DNA from: Leidyana gryllorum EB-2025a
Lineage: Eukaryota > Protista > Apicomplexa
Direction: 5' to 3'
Assembly: GCA_048772705.1 (NCBI GenBank)
Contig: JBLWGC010000140.1
Location: forward strand, 248,001 to 312,000
Length of the DNA: 64,000 bases
The notes under the pieces are model-generated. The model searched no databases, was not told where the DNA came from, and worked only from the letters and a program-made list of their open reading frames with translations. This document shows positions 34,884-49,476 of the stretch, in pieces; within the stretch, counting starts at the first letter, position 1, and each line of letters opens with the position of its first letter. The translations under genes and the position numbers were made by a program.

Positions 34884-36643
34884 ATGGGGGCCACGGACGG
34901 GAAATTCTACGTGTTGGTGGCTATATCCCTGCTGCTGCTGATTCAATTTGGTTCGGCAACAAGGCGCGTTTTGGCGGAGCTGAATACCCTCCCCGATGGC
35001 ATCCGGGGGAGTTCCTCCTGGTCTATGTGGCGGTATGAAGACGTGAGCGACTTTCAGTGGTTTGGATTCCGGGATGCATTGGGTTCAACGGTGATAATAG
35101 CTATTGCCCACATAGCTATAACCCACGTTGTTGAACATTTCACTCCGACAAGCCGAGGGATTCGTGCATTCGTCCAGGCGTTCATGGGAGTGGCAGCATC
35201 GGTATATCTGCATGGACAGGACAGCCTCATAGTATTGGCGATTGTATTGGTCTTCTACTGCATAAGCAATTTAACAAAGAACGAGTCTACGCGAATATTC
35301 GGAATATCGTTGACTTGGGGTTTGAGCATTGTGATACTGGTTATCAATACAGCAGTGATGGAGATGCCTGGTGTCGCATATGGCGTCAAAAAGGTGTTTG
35401 GAATGGAATCTGACGACGAAACTGGTCTCAGTGAAGACACCTTTTATCCCGTCCGCCGATCAATCAACATTCTATTACTTAAGCTCATCAGCTTCAACAT
35501 AGATCGTTCCAATCGCTGTCAGAGTACCACACCTGTTCCTCCCCCCTCCCCCTGTGAAGAGCGGACAACGACCACAAAGGAGTACGAGCAAATGATCTCG
35601 CGGCCTCGACCAGCCAACGATTATAACCTGCTCTTCTTGTTAGCTTATGCCTACTTCATGCCCCTATACGTCGCTGGTCCCATCTTGAATTTCAATGCTT
35701 TCTGCCATGCACTTAGTGTCCGCACTACAGTTAAGCGTCGTTGGCTCTTGAAGGTGAGTGAATATTGTCACCCTTGAACCCGCTCTTCTCAATACCACCT
35801 ACTCTTCACACTCGATCAATCCCAACTCTCTTTTGCAGGCGTTGATTCGATGGATAGCTCTCTTTCTGGTGACCGAAGTGCTCTTCACCCGGCTGCTCCT
35901 GATATCCGCTTTGGGAGTGGAGAACATTGACTTCAACCTTTGGGACCGCTTCAGGTTGTTCGAGTTGGTCACCATGGGAGGCCTGATTCTACTGTACACC
36001 TGGTGCAAGTTCGTCGTCTTGTGGTCTGGCTTTCGGATTTGGTCGATAAGCTCGGGAGTGTATTGCACGGCCAATCTCACCAGATTCCTTTACGACTACT
36101 ACAGGTAAAGACCCCTGACAACGCTTTTCCAATTTGTCCCTCTAATGCAGTTGCCAAAAGTTCTGGAAAGATTGGCACGCGTCATATCATAAGTGGATGT
36201 TGCAATATATGTACTTCCCCTTGGGTGGTAGTGCGCACAAGCTACGAGCGACGATCCTGATATTCGCATTCGCGGCGATCTGGCACAAAGCCAACATTCG
36301 TTTCGCAGGATGGGCCGCGATAACGATTATGACCTTCGTGATCGAGTTGACCGCCGAACGAGTCCTTCGAGTGAACTTTGGTCGCAAGGCACTCATTATT
36401 CCCCCGGACAAGAGACTGTCCGCCATCATTGTGGGAGAGATAGTGGCGACGCTGCTGATTGTGGCGAATCTCGCTGGTTTTGGATGTGGATTGAGGGGAC
36501 TTTTATACATAGTTAGAAGATCGTACGCCCATCCAGACGAGTTTCTCATATCCACTGCCTTCTTCACCCTTCTTGGATATGTACATGTGCGCTATCTAAT
36601 GGAAAGAGATATGCGCAAATCGCAAAGTGTTAGGAATGAGTGA
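34884..36643 (+). CDS. MBOAT-family membrane acyltransferase, GUP1/HHAT-like (3 exons)
   Basis: DVSDFQWFGFR, PLYVAGPILNFNAF, FWKDWHASYHKWMLQYMYFPLGG and FAAIWH (catalytic His). Confidence 0.88.
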
Positions 36644-36715
36644 TGTCCAGACTTCTTGCAAAGTCAGTCAGCCAGCCAGCCAGTCAATGCCAAAATGACC
36701 ATCTGGAGGAGTATC

Positions 36716-39700
36716 TTAAGATCCCAGTCGCCTCGAGATTCTAACAAATAGGTTCCTTTGATTTGAAGAATATCCTTCGATGGGGCCCTGAACACAGCTG
36801 TCAAGAGAGAAGCCTATCCACTTGTATATACTCACGGATGTGAATGCCGGCCAAGTGATCAGTCGTCCTTTCCGCAACGTGCTCAACGCAATTGTCGTCA
36901 TCACGGAAGTTGTCTCGGTAGCATAAGAGGGCAGAGAAGCCGAAGAGTATGTGGATGACGAACTCCGGCTTAGAGAGTCCGTGAAATAACCCATAACAGT
37001 TGGCGATATTCGTGGTGTACTTTCTGTCCATTGTTTCTGCTCAGCAAGTTTCCCATAAACACATATTTCCAGTATATCTGTCCCTTTCCAACACTTGTCA
37101 GAAGTACTCTTCTCATTGACCGCTGCGGTTGTCTCCTCCACCCCACGCAACAGGGAGAGTTCCAGCTCTCCCGTCGGCGCAGAACGCAAAATGAGGGTCT
37201 GCGAAATTGAGTCACACTCGAACTCCGCGCACAGCCTCAGCGCCGGGTGAATGTGAAAGACTCACCAAAAACAATGTCTTGCCTTCACCATCCAGAAGGC
37301 AAAAACCTCGAGTGACCTCGAAGCCGCTTTATCATTGTATAATTCCGTGCGGTGATAGGCTCACACCTACCTCAAAAGATCTTCAATGAGAATCTTGCAG
37401 AAAGCAGCAGTCCCGTTTGGGAGGGCCACTACCGAGGTGTCACATGGTTCAATACGATTAGCGCAACATATCAGATGCGCTTTGGGGTCCCGGGATAAAC
37501 TGTACAGCTCATATTGTCATCAAAAAGTGACGTTCAACCATGAGGTGGTCGGTAACACCACGGAGACACCGGGTTACCACACACACGCACACACGCAGGA
37601 CCCAAGGAGACCAATGGGTGTCAGAGGTTGGAATTGCGTGTCGCCAGAAGCTTCCACTCTGGACGATCACTGGGGTGTCTTAAAAGCTTACATGTCATTC
37701 AGAATGTGCTCAGATCGATCTGTCCAGGCGGACAGACGCTTGAGCCATATGTTCGCTTTGAGGAACACACAGTGCAATGTTTTGGAGGTGTATTCAAGTG
37801 AGTGTAGAGTATCTGTGTTGCAGAGGTCCGCAAGGCCTGTATTGAGAGCAAGTTGCCAGCGCACAAAGTTCATGATATGTTTTCCTTTGGTGAGGAAGAA
37901 AATTGGTTTGCACTGGATCATCTATATCGAGCAAGGGTCTTAGGGGTGTCTAAGTGCTTCTACCAGGAGGGTCCACGCGAGGCACTCGGCTTCAGCGGAG
38001 CAATTTCTGCGGGGCTGATTGATGAGCAGATGAACCTCTTTGAGCATCGACGCCACGGGGGAGGCATCAGTAGCTCTGATGTCGCCAGGGACAGATCGAC
38101 TAGTGATTTCCATGTGGACGACGAGAAGATCGATGGTTCGTTCGATTTCTCGGGAGGTATCACCGCGTTCTTTCGCTTTCTGAAGTCTGCGATGTTGACG
38201 TTTGAGTATTAATCCGGAAGCCTTTTCCAACTGTGCCCTGACGGCCTTGTTGATGAACTTATCTTCGAGGAAGCGTTCCAGAGCGGCTCGTCCCCGGGGT
38301 CCCGTCTCATTACCGCCTTTGGCACCGCCCGCGACTACTTGTTCCGTGCGGCGTCGTTGGGACTCGGTGTTATAGAGGCAAGCGCGCACCAATTCTGCGG
38401 CGCTTTCCTCGTCTTCTTCGGTATGGCGCTCGAATCCGGGGAGCAGACCACTGAGCAGATCGCTGGGGATACTATTGCTGGAATGATGGACAAAGTGTCC
38501 CGTGTTGACGTTGGCAGGAGGTGTGTCAAGACTGGCGCCCACATCTCCGCCGCCAATAGAGTCGTTCCACTGAGGAGTTGGTAATTGCTGATGGTCAGAA
38601 GACGACAGAGGGAGCGGCTTTATCAGTTCGGTAGTTAGTTGTTGATGGTGATTATGCGAAGAAGATTCTTGTGGTCTCCCTTGATCTCCTCCGGCTGGGC
38701 GATGCTCAGCTGTGCACTCGCTGTCGCCTCGGCTGCTGCTGTCCTCTTCGTCTTCTGGGTGCTGAGTGGCTTCCGGAGTGACTTCAGTGACGAAACTGTT
38801 CGCAACGGAAAGATTGTGGTGAGCGTTTAATTGAATCGGTAGCCGGCCGGGGGTCGAGGCTTCGGTCATCGTCGTATTGGGATGATAGTTGATTTCGAGT
38901 TGAGATAGCGGGAGTGAACCCACACTGCCTCCGATGGCAAAGTGTTGAGGACCGCCACGAGATGACATTGGGGTGGACTCCACATGTAAGGCGTGGTGTG
39001 ACGATATCTGGTGATGCGACGATATTTGGTGATGCGACGATAACTGGTGATGCGACGATAGTTGGTGCTGAGAGTGATGGCTTTGATGGTGATGAGAGGA
39101 GAATCTTTCACTGTGTTGATATAGCGCTGAGGACTGTTCAGTCACTTTCCGTTGTTGATTTGATGATCGTCTCCGGCGGCCGTAGTCTTCCGCACCAAAT
39201 TGTTCTGCTTCTGAAGTGGAGCCAATCTGGAACTCATTATTTGTCCCACTGACAGCTGTGGCCGTCCTCTGTTCACTCAGTGACACGAGTCGCTCGTCAC
39301 CCTTAGCACTGACATCGTCACGGTCACCACTATTGATGCCACTTTCACTCGAGCTCCTGCTCTCCTCGGGTCTCCCCTCATCCTCGTCTACGCCACCGCT
39401 GGGACAGTCGGCAAGTTGTTCGGACCTTTCAGCCGCCGGGCTGGTGCTGTCTTCAGCGCTGTCGTCGCCAGTAATGCGTTGGGTGTTCTGAGTCTCAGAT
39501 TCACTGCTGGGCTCCTCTGCCGGTCGCTCGACCACGGGTGATAGTCCCATGGGCCGCGGTGGACCAGTCTGATTGCCATACAGATGGGCTGCCAGAGCAC
39601 TAAGCGGGACGTTGTGTCCACGTAGGTTGATGGGAGTGCTCATGGGTCGGGCAGGAGTGATAGGGCCTCCGACCAAACTTGGAGGCAAAGAAGTCAACGG

Positions 39701-41140
39701 CATTGAGGGCGGTGCCACAACGGAGGTGTGATTGAGAGGAGGATACGACAAGTGTCCCATACCCAAGGGCATCGAGGGTGGTGCCGCCATGTGGTACGTG
39801 GGCGCCTCCACTCGTTGCTGAATGGGCAATACCCCGCCGATAGACTGCGGAATTGGCATCGTGGCTGCCGCCGGGCGGATAGGAAACGACTGAGGGGCCA
39901 TAGGAAGCGGCACCGATTGTGGAGGCAGCAGCTGGGGCAACGGAACTGACGCTGGAGGCGGGTTGGAGGAGTTTGTCCACGGGGTGCCACCGCTCATCAC
40001 CAGCGGGACGGAGGGCGGGGGAGTGCGCACAGGCGTCGGAGTTGATGAGGATACAACATCGGTAGCGACGGTCATCGGATTGTATATAATGGGGGTGGTA
40101 GCCGGAGGTGCTGGTCGTGCCTCCTCCAACCGGGGATGCAAGGGTACAGACTGGGGCGGGCCAACCGCGGGAGAGGTGGCAGCGTGCTGAATAAGAGATC
40201 CATTGGCCCCAATACCAACTCCAGCAGAGAGGGGAGGGAGGATGAAGGGTGAATCGTCAGCGGTATCCGTTGTTTGTGGCGGGAAGATCGACGTTGACTG
40301 GGGAGGAATGGGAAAGGATGGAGGGGCAATGGTCATAGGCAAAGGCATTGTGGCTGGACCACGATGTGCTGCTGCCGGCGCGGAAGCAATGAGATGCGCG
40401 TTGTATATCGGTGTCGTGGACGGGGGAGGCGCATTGATGAACCGCTGAGGGGAATACCCGCCATCAGTGCTGTTGTCATCGGCGTCCAAGTCACCGCGAT
40501 TGGACTCTTTTTCAGCCATGGCCGTTGCAGCTGACGGTGAAGCGTCAATGGTAACGACTGGATCGTGATGGCTGGGAGTGTAACCGCCATCCGACTCATT
40601 CAGGCCTCCGTCCCCTTGATTCATCTTGAGAAAGTCGACTGATAAAGGTACCGTAGCCGGGGGAGCAATGGCCGACACTCCCAAAGATCCTCGCGCTGAA
40701 TCGAGAGCTGCGGGCGGCGGCTGGAGCGGCATTGTAGCGGGAGCGGTCTTCAAGAGAACTGCGGCCTCTGGAGACGAATGAGTAGCCTTGATACGCAAAA
40801 AATCGGCTTCACTTAAGTAACCTTCATCAAACCGACGCAGCATCTCTAGCAGAACAGAGTATACTTCCACACGTCCTTGAGCTGTGCTGCCTTCCAGCGT
40901 TGGAGAAGGCGGGCGGGTCAGATCACTCAGGAGGTAACAAACGTAAGGACGCTTCAAGCCTGAAGCTTGCACCAAATCGTCCTCTGTCAGACCGAACGGG
41001 CTAATCCACTCGGTATTGATCCGTTCGATCAGAGCCCTCAGTTCCTGCTCACTTGGATCTGCCCATTCCCGTACTTGAGTATACTCTATCAAGTCCCCGC
41101 GAGCACCCAAAGAGATTCCCAGCTCTTCTGCCAACGGCAT
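36716..41140 (-). CDS. Large hypothetical protein: small folded N-terminus, Pro-rich and His-rich disordered middle, multi-exon folded C-terminus
   Basis: 1066-aa ORF 37940..41140. Minus-strand GT-AG introns plausibly link it to ORFs 37688..37921 and 36716..37189 (acceptor TTCGCAG near 37200). Confidence 0.6.
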
Positions 41141-41219
41141 TCACAGTATATACTCAAAAACAAACCAACGAATCTTCCTTCTGGCACAAACTAATTTTTA
41201 CAAATACACCCCGGAGAAC

Positions 41220-43770
41220 ATGGCACATGCTTCGGTACTGAACCACTGCCTTTACACAACCCCAATCACACACATAGGATATTCAATGGCCTCCTGGCAT
41301 CGTACCTGAACATCGACTCCCCGCTAAACACACGCTCGGCCGCGTATGGAGAGTACGCTGTGATGCACTATTGCAGGCCGCAAGCTTAGAGATCGAAAAG
41401 TAAAGTCGGAACACGCCTATCCGTTCCTCGTGTGTGTGTGTGTGTGTGGGGGGGGGGTGTGTGTGTGTGTCTGTCTGTGCCGTTAGCCCACTATCTCTCT
41501 CCGTCGTCTTCTCTCTCTGTCTCCCTGCAGTCCACTTTTACCCGACATTGTCGGGGCCTGAGCTTTCAAAGTAGACTGTGTGAATGACTCAACAGACGTC
41601 GTCTCCTTGAAAGGGAAATCGAGCTCTCCAAGTATTTAAATGGCCTCAAAGGGGCTCTTGAAGACTTCGAAAGGAATCAGGCAGCCAAAGCGCTCGTAGA
41701 AGCTGACAGCGAAGGTGTGTTGTTGATCAATCATCTCGACGAGGAGAGCACGTCTCATCAAGTCGTTGAGACAGTGGTCGCCATCTGCTCGCCTCATTGG
41801 ATCTATTCCCACCGACTCCCTCTGACTGCACTTCTGCTGCCCCGTTTGTCTCCCCAAACTGAGCTCTCTGTGTGTGTGTGTGTGTGTGTGTGTGTTTGTA
41901 CCCACCATATTTGGCCTGGTGTGATGGTTGTCTCGCGACGACGCGGCAGAAGAGGAAGATGAACAGGATCAGTTGACTGAGCAGGACATTCAGGCCTGTC
42001 ACGAAGAATATGGCGCCAGAGAGGGAGAACATGCTGCATTGATGGAAGAGATCGACGAGTTGGACCGTCGGATACGAGAAGAGAGAGAGGCTGTTGTCAT
42101 CTTCAAGTGGGGGCCTCGGCATGTTCACCCCAATATCGCACGGCTCGACGCGCCACTCGATATGCGTGGCGCCGCCCGCGACAACCGAGACGACAAACTG
42201 ACGGCTCAGGAGCTCACACGGAAGATTCAAGAGGAAATTCAAACAATGCCCGAACCGCGGTCGCCTGATGCCTCTCCCAAAATTCCGGATCTGCCTGTTG
42301 AACATCGAGGAGTCAAATCAACACTGCACAGGCTGTTTACCAAGGCGCCCAAACCTCGCAGATTTGAAAATGACGAGTGTGCCAGAGTCGATCTGATCGT
42401 AGCCGACGACGAAGAGGCCTTCGCTGCTTATCTGGAGGCTTTGAGCGAAATTGATCAGGCTGAAATACCACAGACGGACATCACCTTCGCCGCAAAGATT
42501 GTGAGTCTCGGGCCATCTGTGAGGGACACAGCACCATCAGTACTCGCCGCTTGCGGCAGTCGCGGGACGTGAAGGAGGCACCATCACCAACCCAAAGTAC
42601 CGACAGAGCCCCGCGTCCTGTATGGACATCCTTCGCGACGGCGAGACCTTGATGACGGCGCAAGCCAAGGCAGTGTACTCTCATTCAGATTGGCGTAAGT
42701 CTGGGATCCTTCCCACAGTGCGGTGTGGTATTGTAAAGATCGTTGAGGAAGAGCGCCCCGCCGATTACGCGCTCGCTGTCTATACGTAAGGAAGGACCTG
42801 TCCCGTCTGACAAGCGTGTCTGATAGCCCCTTCGCCACCAACGGGAGTATCCAGAATGCACTCCGACACATATCTGGCGCCAAGTCTGAACATTGGTACG
42901 GTGACGACCTGTTGTTGCGAAACTTGCAGCAACACATTCAATCGTAAGATGTCGAAAGTGGTCCGCCGTACGAAATGTCGCTTCATCTGGGCTCAGGATG
43001 GCCGTTCTGGAGAATTATGGCGTGGTCCACGGGAACATAAAGACAAGCAACATATATATAAGTGCCGATGGAGCGTCGCTGCTCCTATCGGATTTCGTAC
43101 CTCGCAGTAAGTCGTTCAGGAGGGGTGTTCTTGCCATCCTGGACACTTGAAAGGCCAAATAATCCGTGAATGGTGTCTCATTGGTCGGCGCGAACACACA
43201 AGACACACTCACTTTATGAGCCCGGAAGTGTACAAGGCCATCCGTGATCAGGTTGACACTGAGATCCAGTATGAAAATGAGATGGAGTTGTCTAAACACG
43301 ACGTCTTCACACTGGGAATGGTCTATTACCATCTCTTGACTCGTACGGACCAAGATCAGGTATGTGATGCGGGGTACCCAGTGGTAAACGTGTGCGAGTG
43401 ATTATTGGCGCGCAGTTGGAGGGATTGTTCAAATCGAAAACGAAACACGACGAGTTGGTCCGACGTATGGTGACTCCAACTCGAGGTGAGTATTGAGAAT
43501 TGTGGTTGCTCGTGACAATCTTGATAGAATTAGGCGACCTCATTCGAGCAATGCTGACATGGAATCCCAAGAATCGTCCGCTCTTCCGGGAATTGACGGT
43601 GAGTCACGGACAAAGTGGAAGTGCAACTCGAGTGTCAGACAATGACCATTTTGGCTGACGATGATATGTCAGCCCCGGCACCTGAAGCTGCGGCGGGGGC
43701 AGGCTGGGGAGCAACATTCAAGAAGGTGGTTGATTTCTTCTGGGAAGGCGAAGGAGAGCAGGGGGAGTGA
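41220..43770 (+). CDS. Protein kinase-like protein, probable pseudokinase (multi-exon)
   Basis: Subdomains VVHGNIKTSNIYI, LLSDFV, FMSPEV, HDVFTLGMVYY and MLTWNPKNRP, with an N-terminal coiled-coil/acidic region (ORF 41928..42572). Start and exon boundaries are approximate. Confidence 0.7.
41430..41470. repeat. (GT)n-G run microsatellite (intronic); a second (GT)n lies at ~41869-41896
   Basis: Directly visible. Confidence 0.9.
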
Positions 43771-43886
43771 AAAAGGAGCGTCGAGTTGCGATGAAAAGAT
43801 GGGGTCGCAGATACATAATGATCGCTCGGCGTTGTGTTGTTGGGTAGCGTAATTTGAAAAGCTCTCTTTCTTGTTGATAGTGATGG

Positions 43887-44748
<862 letters not shown>

Positions 44749-44816
44749 CTCTGCTGGCTCGAAGAATAGAAATTTACCCTCCACAAATTCCAGCTTTCTC
44801 TGCTTCTCCTTCTTCA

Positions 44817-47804
44817 ATGACCTCCCCTCATCAATTTGAGCATCTCATTCGTGATATCGATGGTCACCAGTACTTCAGCCTGGCTGACCTCGATGCCGAT
44901 ACTTTGAGTGAGTCAACTGCGCCCCACCCCGCCCCCTCCCACTGCTATGGTAGAAACGATGCCTTATTGTATGCGTATTCTCCTGGAATCCGCTGTCCGT
45001 AACTGCGACGGCTTTGAGGTCACTAAGCAGGATGTGGATCGTCTGTTGAACTGGAAAGACAGTGCAGCCAACGGCTCTGAGATTGCCTTCAAACCCGCCC
45101 GCGTCTTGCTGCAAGACTTCACCGGTGTACCGTGCATCGTCGACTTGGCCGCTATGCGCAACGCCATGATGAGCCTGCAAGGAGACCCCAAACTCGTCAA
45201 CCCACTCATACCCACGGATTTGGTCATTGACCATAGTGTTGTAGTCGACTCCGCCGGAAACCCGGAATCCCTCACTGTAAATGAGGACTTGGAATTCGAC
45301 CGCAACCACGAACGATTCGCATTCTTAAAGTGGGGCCAAAAAGCCTTTCACAACATGTCAGTCGTACCCCCGGGATCTGGCATTGTTCATCAAGTCAACC
45401 TTGAGTACTTAGCCCGTGTCGTCTTCACTCAAAACTACCTCTACCCAGATTCTGTCGTTGGCACTGACTCTCACACCACAATGATTGACGGACTGGGAGT
45501 ACTTGGATGGGGAGTGGGTGGTATTGAAGCTGAAGCTACCATGCTCGGTCAACCCATCTATATGGTCGTACCCGAAGTTGTTGGCTTCAAACTCGTCGGC
45601 GAACTCCCTCCAACCTGTACCACTACCGATCTTGTCTTGCGTGTAGCACAAATGCTCCGTGCCTATGGTGTTGTTGGCAAGTTGGTCGAATTCTATGGTC
45701 ACGGGGTCGAAACTCTCACTGTCGCTGATCGTGCTACAATCAGCAACATGTCTCCAGGTGTGTTCAGCGAAACGTGTTCAGCAATTGTGCTGTGTGAGCA
45801 TCACTTAATACTGATCCATCTGTGTCGGCTGTGTGTGCGTGCGCGCGTGTGTGTGCTGTTTGTCCATTCGCCGTCTCCGTCTCCCGATGACTTCTTTTGT
45901 CCCTAGAGTTCGGCGCCACGGCTGCTTTCTTCCCATGTGATGACAAGACGATGAAGTACCTGGCCATGACAGGCCGCGATCCAGCACGACTGGAGTTGTG
46001 CCGACAGTATCTGCAAGCCAACAGGTTGTACCGTGAGTATGGTCCTGATGACAAGTTGATCAAGTACATGGGCCCCGGTTTGAAACTGGATATGAGCACG
46101 CTGGTCCCGGCTGTAGCAGGTCCGAAGAGGCCGCATGACTTTTGTCCTCTGGCTGATTTGAAGGCTCACTTCAATAAGTGGCTGCAAGCTCCAGTTGGAT
46201 TCAAGGGGTATGGTTTGGATGGGGCTTCGGCCACCAAACCACCGACCCAGCTGGAGTTCGAGGGTGAGTCCCGAGCTTTCGGGCACGGAGCAGTTGTTAT
46301 CGCGGCTATTACGTCTTGTACTAACACTTCGAATCCGACTGTGATGATGTGGGCGGGCATGTTGGCTCGGAACGCTGTGGCAAAAGGGTTGTGTCCCCCC
46401 AAGTATGTCAGATGCAGTTTGTCCCCGGGAAGTCATGTGGTTCACGAGTACCTGAAGAAGGCTGACTTGTTGACATCGCTGGAGAAGATTGGCTTCTATC
46501 TGACCGGATTTGGGTGTCAGACTTGTATTGGCAACAGTGGTGATATCGAACCAGAAGTTGCGGACAAGATCACCAAAGAAGATCTGGTAGCCTGCGCTGT
46601 TCTGAGTGGCAATCGGAACTTTGAGGGGAGAATTCATCCTTTGACTCGTGCGAATTTCCTAATGTCGCCTCCTCTCGTGATTGCCTTTGCCCTGGCCGGG
46701 AGAATCGACATCGACTTCGAGACGGAGCCAATTGGCCGGGGAGCGGATGGCAAAGATGGTGAGTATATTACATAGGGGGGGCTGGCAGTGGACAGAGGCG
46801 TGCGCGTTGGCCGCATAAGTTGTGTGTTTCTGCGGTGTAATGTCTCTTCAGTTATGCTACGGGACATCTGGCCATCTCGTGCTGAGGTGGACGAGGTTGC
46901 GAACACCAGCATCACGCCAGAGTTGTTCAAGAAGACGTACGCGAACATCCGGACGGGTAACAAGCGGTGGGAGGAGACTCAAGTTCCGGAGGAGGAGATA
47001 TATCAGTGGGACCCGAAGTCGACATATGTTCACCATCCCCCCTTCTTTGACCAAATGAAGATGGAGCCAGAGGAGCCGCAGCGTGTGGAGAAGGCCTATT
47101 GTTTATTGCTCTTGGGCGACTCTATCACGACTGATCACATCTCTCCAGCTGGCAAAATAGCACTGGATTCTCCGGCTGCGAGGTTTCTGCAGAGTCGGGG
47201 TGTCGCTCCGCGTGACTTCAACTCTTACGGCAGTCGGAGAGGCAACGATGAAGTGATGGTTCGTGGTACCTTCGCTAATGTTCGACTGGTAAACAAGTTG
47301 GTGGATCGAGTTGGACCGATCACCAAACACTGGCCCACTGGAGAAGAGCTGAGTGTGTACGACGCGGCGATGAAATACAAGAGAGACGGCAAACAGACGA
47401 TTATATTGGCAGGTGCAGAGTACGGTTCCGGTTCGAGTCGGGACTGGGCGGCTAAGGGTCCCCTGATGCAAGGCGTTCGAGCTGTAATCGCTCGGAGTTT
47501 CGAGCGGATCCATCGAAGCAATCTCATTGGAATGGGAGTTATCCCACTTCAGTTCCTGGACGGCCAGTGTCCTGAGACATTGGGTTTGAATGGTTCTGAA
47601 GTCTTCTCGATTGATGTGGCGAACGCCAAAGTCCAGGGTGAAGTCGAGGTGAACGTCGAGACCCCCGAAGGAGCCTTCATTCGGAAGTTCCTGACGAAGG
47701 CAAGGATTGATACTCCGGTGGAACTCGAATACTATCACAACGGCGGTATTCTCCACTACGTACTGCGTAAAATGGCCCGCAACCATTCTGTCCAACAACA
47801 ATGA
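44817..47804 (+). CDS. ACO1: Aconitate hydratase, AcnA/IRP1 type (4 exons)
   Basis: [46 protein letters not shown] (Fe-S cysteines), TTDHISPAG and [10 protein letters not shown]. Confidence 0.97.
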
Positions 47805-48249
47805 AGTTGTCGACAATGGCCAGAATTCTCCATCAATCAGTAGTTGTAGTAGTTAATTTTCACTTTAATATGTATAAACGCGACCCGTAGATAATATAAA
47901 TAGACTCATTATTTCGTTTCTTTCCTCAAGTGTAAAGAGAGAGGAAGCGAGACTCAGATTAGAGACTCTGATACATGGGGAGCGAGAGAGAACCGTGAAG
48001 AAACTCTACTGAATGAAGATCGGAATGTATCCTGCATTGAAGAACGACACGTAAGATAGTGTCGCTCAGAAGATTTGAGATGAGATTGAGAGAGGTTTCG
48101 GAACAATCGCTACTCGAACTCGAAAATCTGTCTTTTAAGGAATCAGGTGGGTGTCGTTGGGACACAAACACTCACTAAATTTCCCAAGGGTACGGCATCG
48201 AACAGGTGTGGGAGAAAATTTGCACACTTTTTTTGATCTCAGTCCCACG

Positions 48250-49078
48250 ATGGTTGAAGTCTCTGCACAACGTCAGCTCGGCCGCGTTAAGTGGTTTGAT
48301 GCCCAGAAGGGTTGGGGGTTCATTCAGCCTGCTGACGGTTCGGACGATGTCTTCGTTCACCAGGAGTCCATCCAGGCTGAAGGCTTCCGGTCACTCGACG
48401 ACGGCGAAGACGTGAGTAATTAACAATCCCACATAACAACTTCCGCTCTATCTGTCTGTAATCATCCGCTCGCTTGAGTACCCTCCCCAAACTCTCTCGA
48501 ATGCTTGACTACTACAGCTCTGTGTGTGTCATATTTCAATCAATGTCGACTCGCTCGTGTTGGACTGTACAAATTCCCTCTTCTCTTTCAAAGGCCGTTT
48601 CTTATCGAAAGTTTGTACTGTTTAGGTTGAATATGAGACGGCCACGGACTCGACTGGCCGCAAACGCGCTATCAATGTGAGTGGCCCAGGAGGAGCTCCT
48701 GTGAAAGGCACTTCACGCCACACTGGCTTCGGCGGCGGACGCGGACGTGGCGGAAACTACGGCGGTGGCCAACGTTACGGTGGTGGCAACCGCTACGAGG
48801 ACCGGGGTGGAGCTCGCGATTACTATCAAGACCGTCAGGGTGGCGGCAACTACCAAGGTGGGTATCGCGCTGACTATCGCAACGACCACCAAGGAGGAGG
48901 CTATCGCAATGAGGGCGGATTCCGCGGAGAGCAGGGCGGAAACGGAGGCGGCAGCTACAATGGCGGTGGCAACGGCGGTCAACAATACCGCGGCGAACAG
49001 TATCGTGACTCATACCGGGACCAGAATGGTTACCGTGGTGGGGACCAGGGTCGTTATCAAGAACGTCAACAATACTGA
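48250..49078 (+). CDS. Cold-shock domain protein with Gly/Arg/Tyr-rich (RGG) tail, 2 exons
   Basis: [15 protein letters not shown]...DVFVHQ...GFRSL; intron ~48412-48626; then NVSGPGG and an RGG/YGG tail. Confidence 0.92.
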
Positions 49079-49476
49079 ATGTCTTCCTTTCGCTTCTAAG
49101 TATCTCTCTATCGCTGAGGACCTCTCTCTACTGTCTTGACTGAATAGGCGATTCTTATTGCACCCAGAAGAAGACTTGTTAGATGACTGAATCCGCTCCT
49201 GAGATATATTAGATGATACGATTGTCTGGAATGATTAAAACTTCTGTGTTGTTCTCCTCTGCTGTTAAGTTACCAATCCGTCACCATGCCAATTCCTTTT
49301 GCTGCAGTTGGCATTGCAAGGTAGACTACTGTGTGTGCGGAAGTGTGCACGCATTACCAAACCGCCGGCAAATGCCGACTCTTTGTGACAACTATTCAGT
49401 CAGATCATCTAAATAACCTTATACCTCCCGACCTTCCGACACACTCTTATTACTCACCCCCAGCACATGTCCTCTT

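Noticed and set aside
37386-38212. Possible + strand gene (ORFs 37386..37943 and 37853..38212)
   Set aside because: It overlaps the minus-strand gene, whose exons chain with plausible splice sites. Not fully excluded without RNA data.
45903-47816. Long minus-strand ORFs (244 and 237 aa)
   Set aside because: Antisense shadows of conserved aconitase exons.
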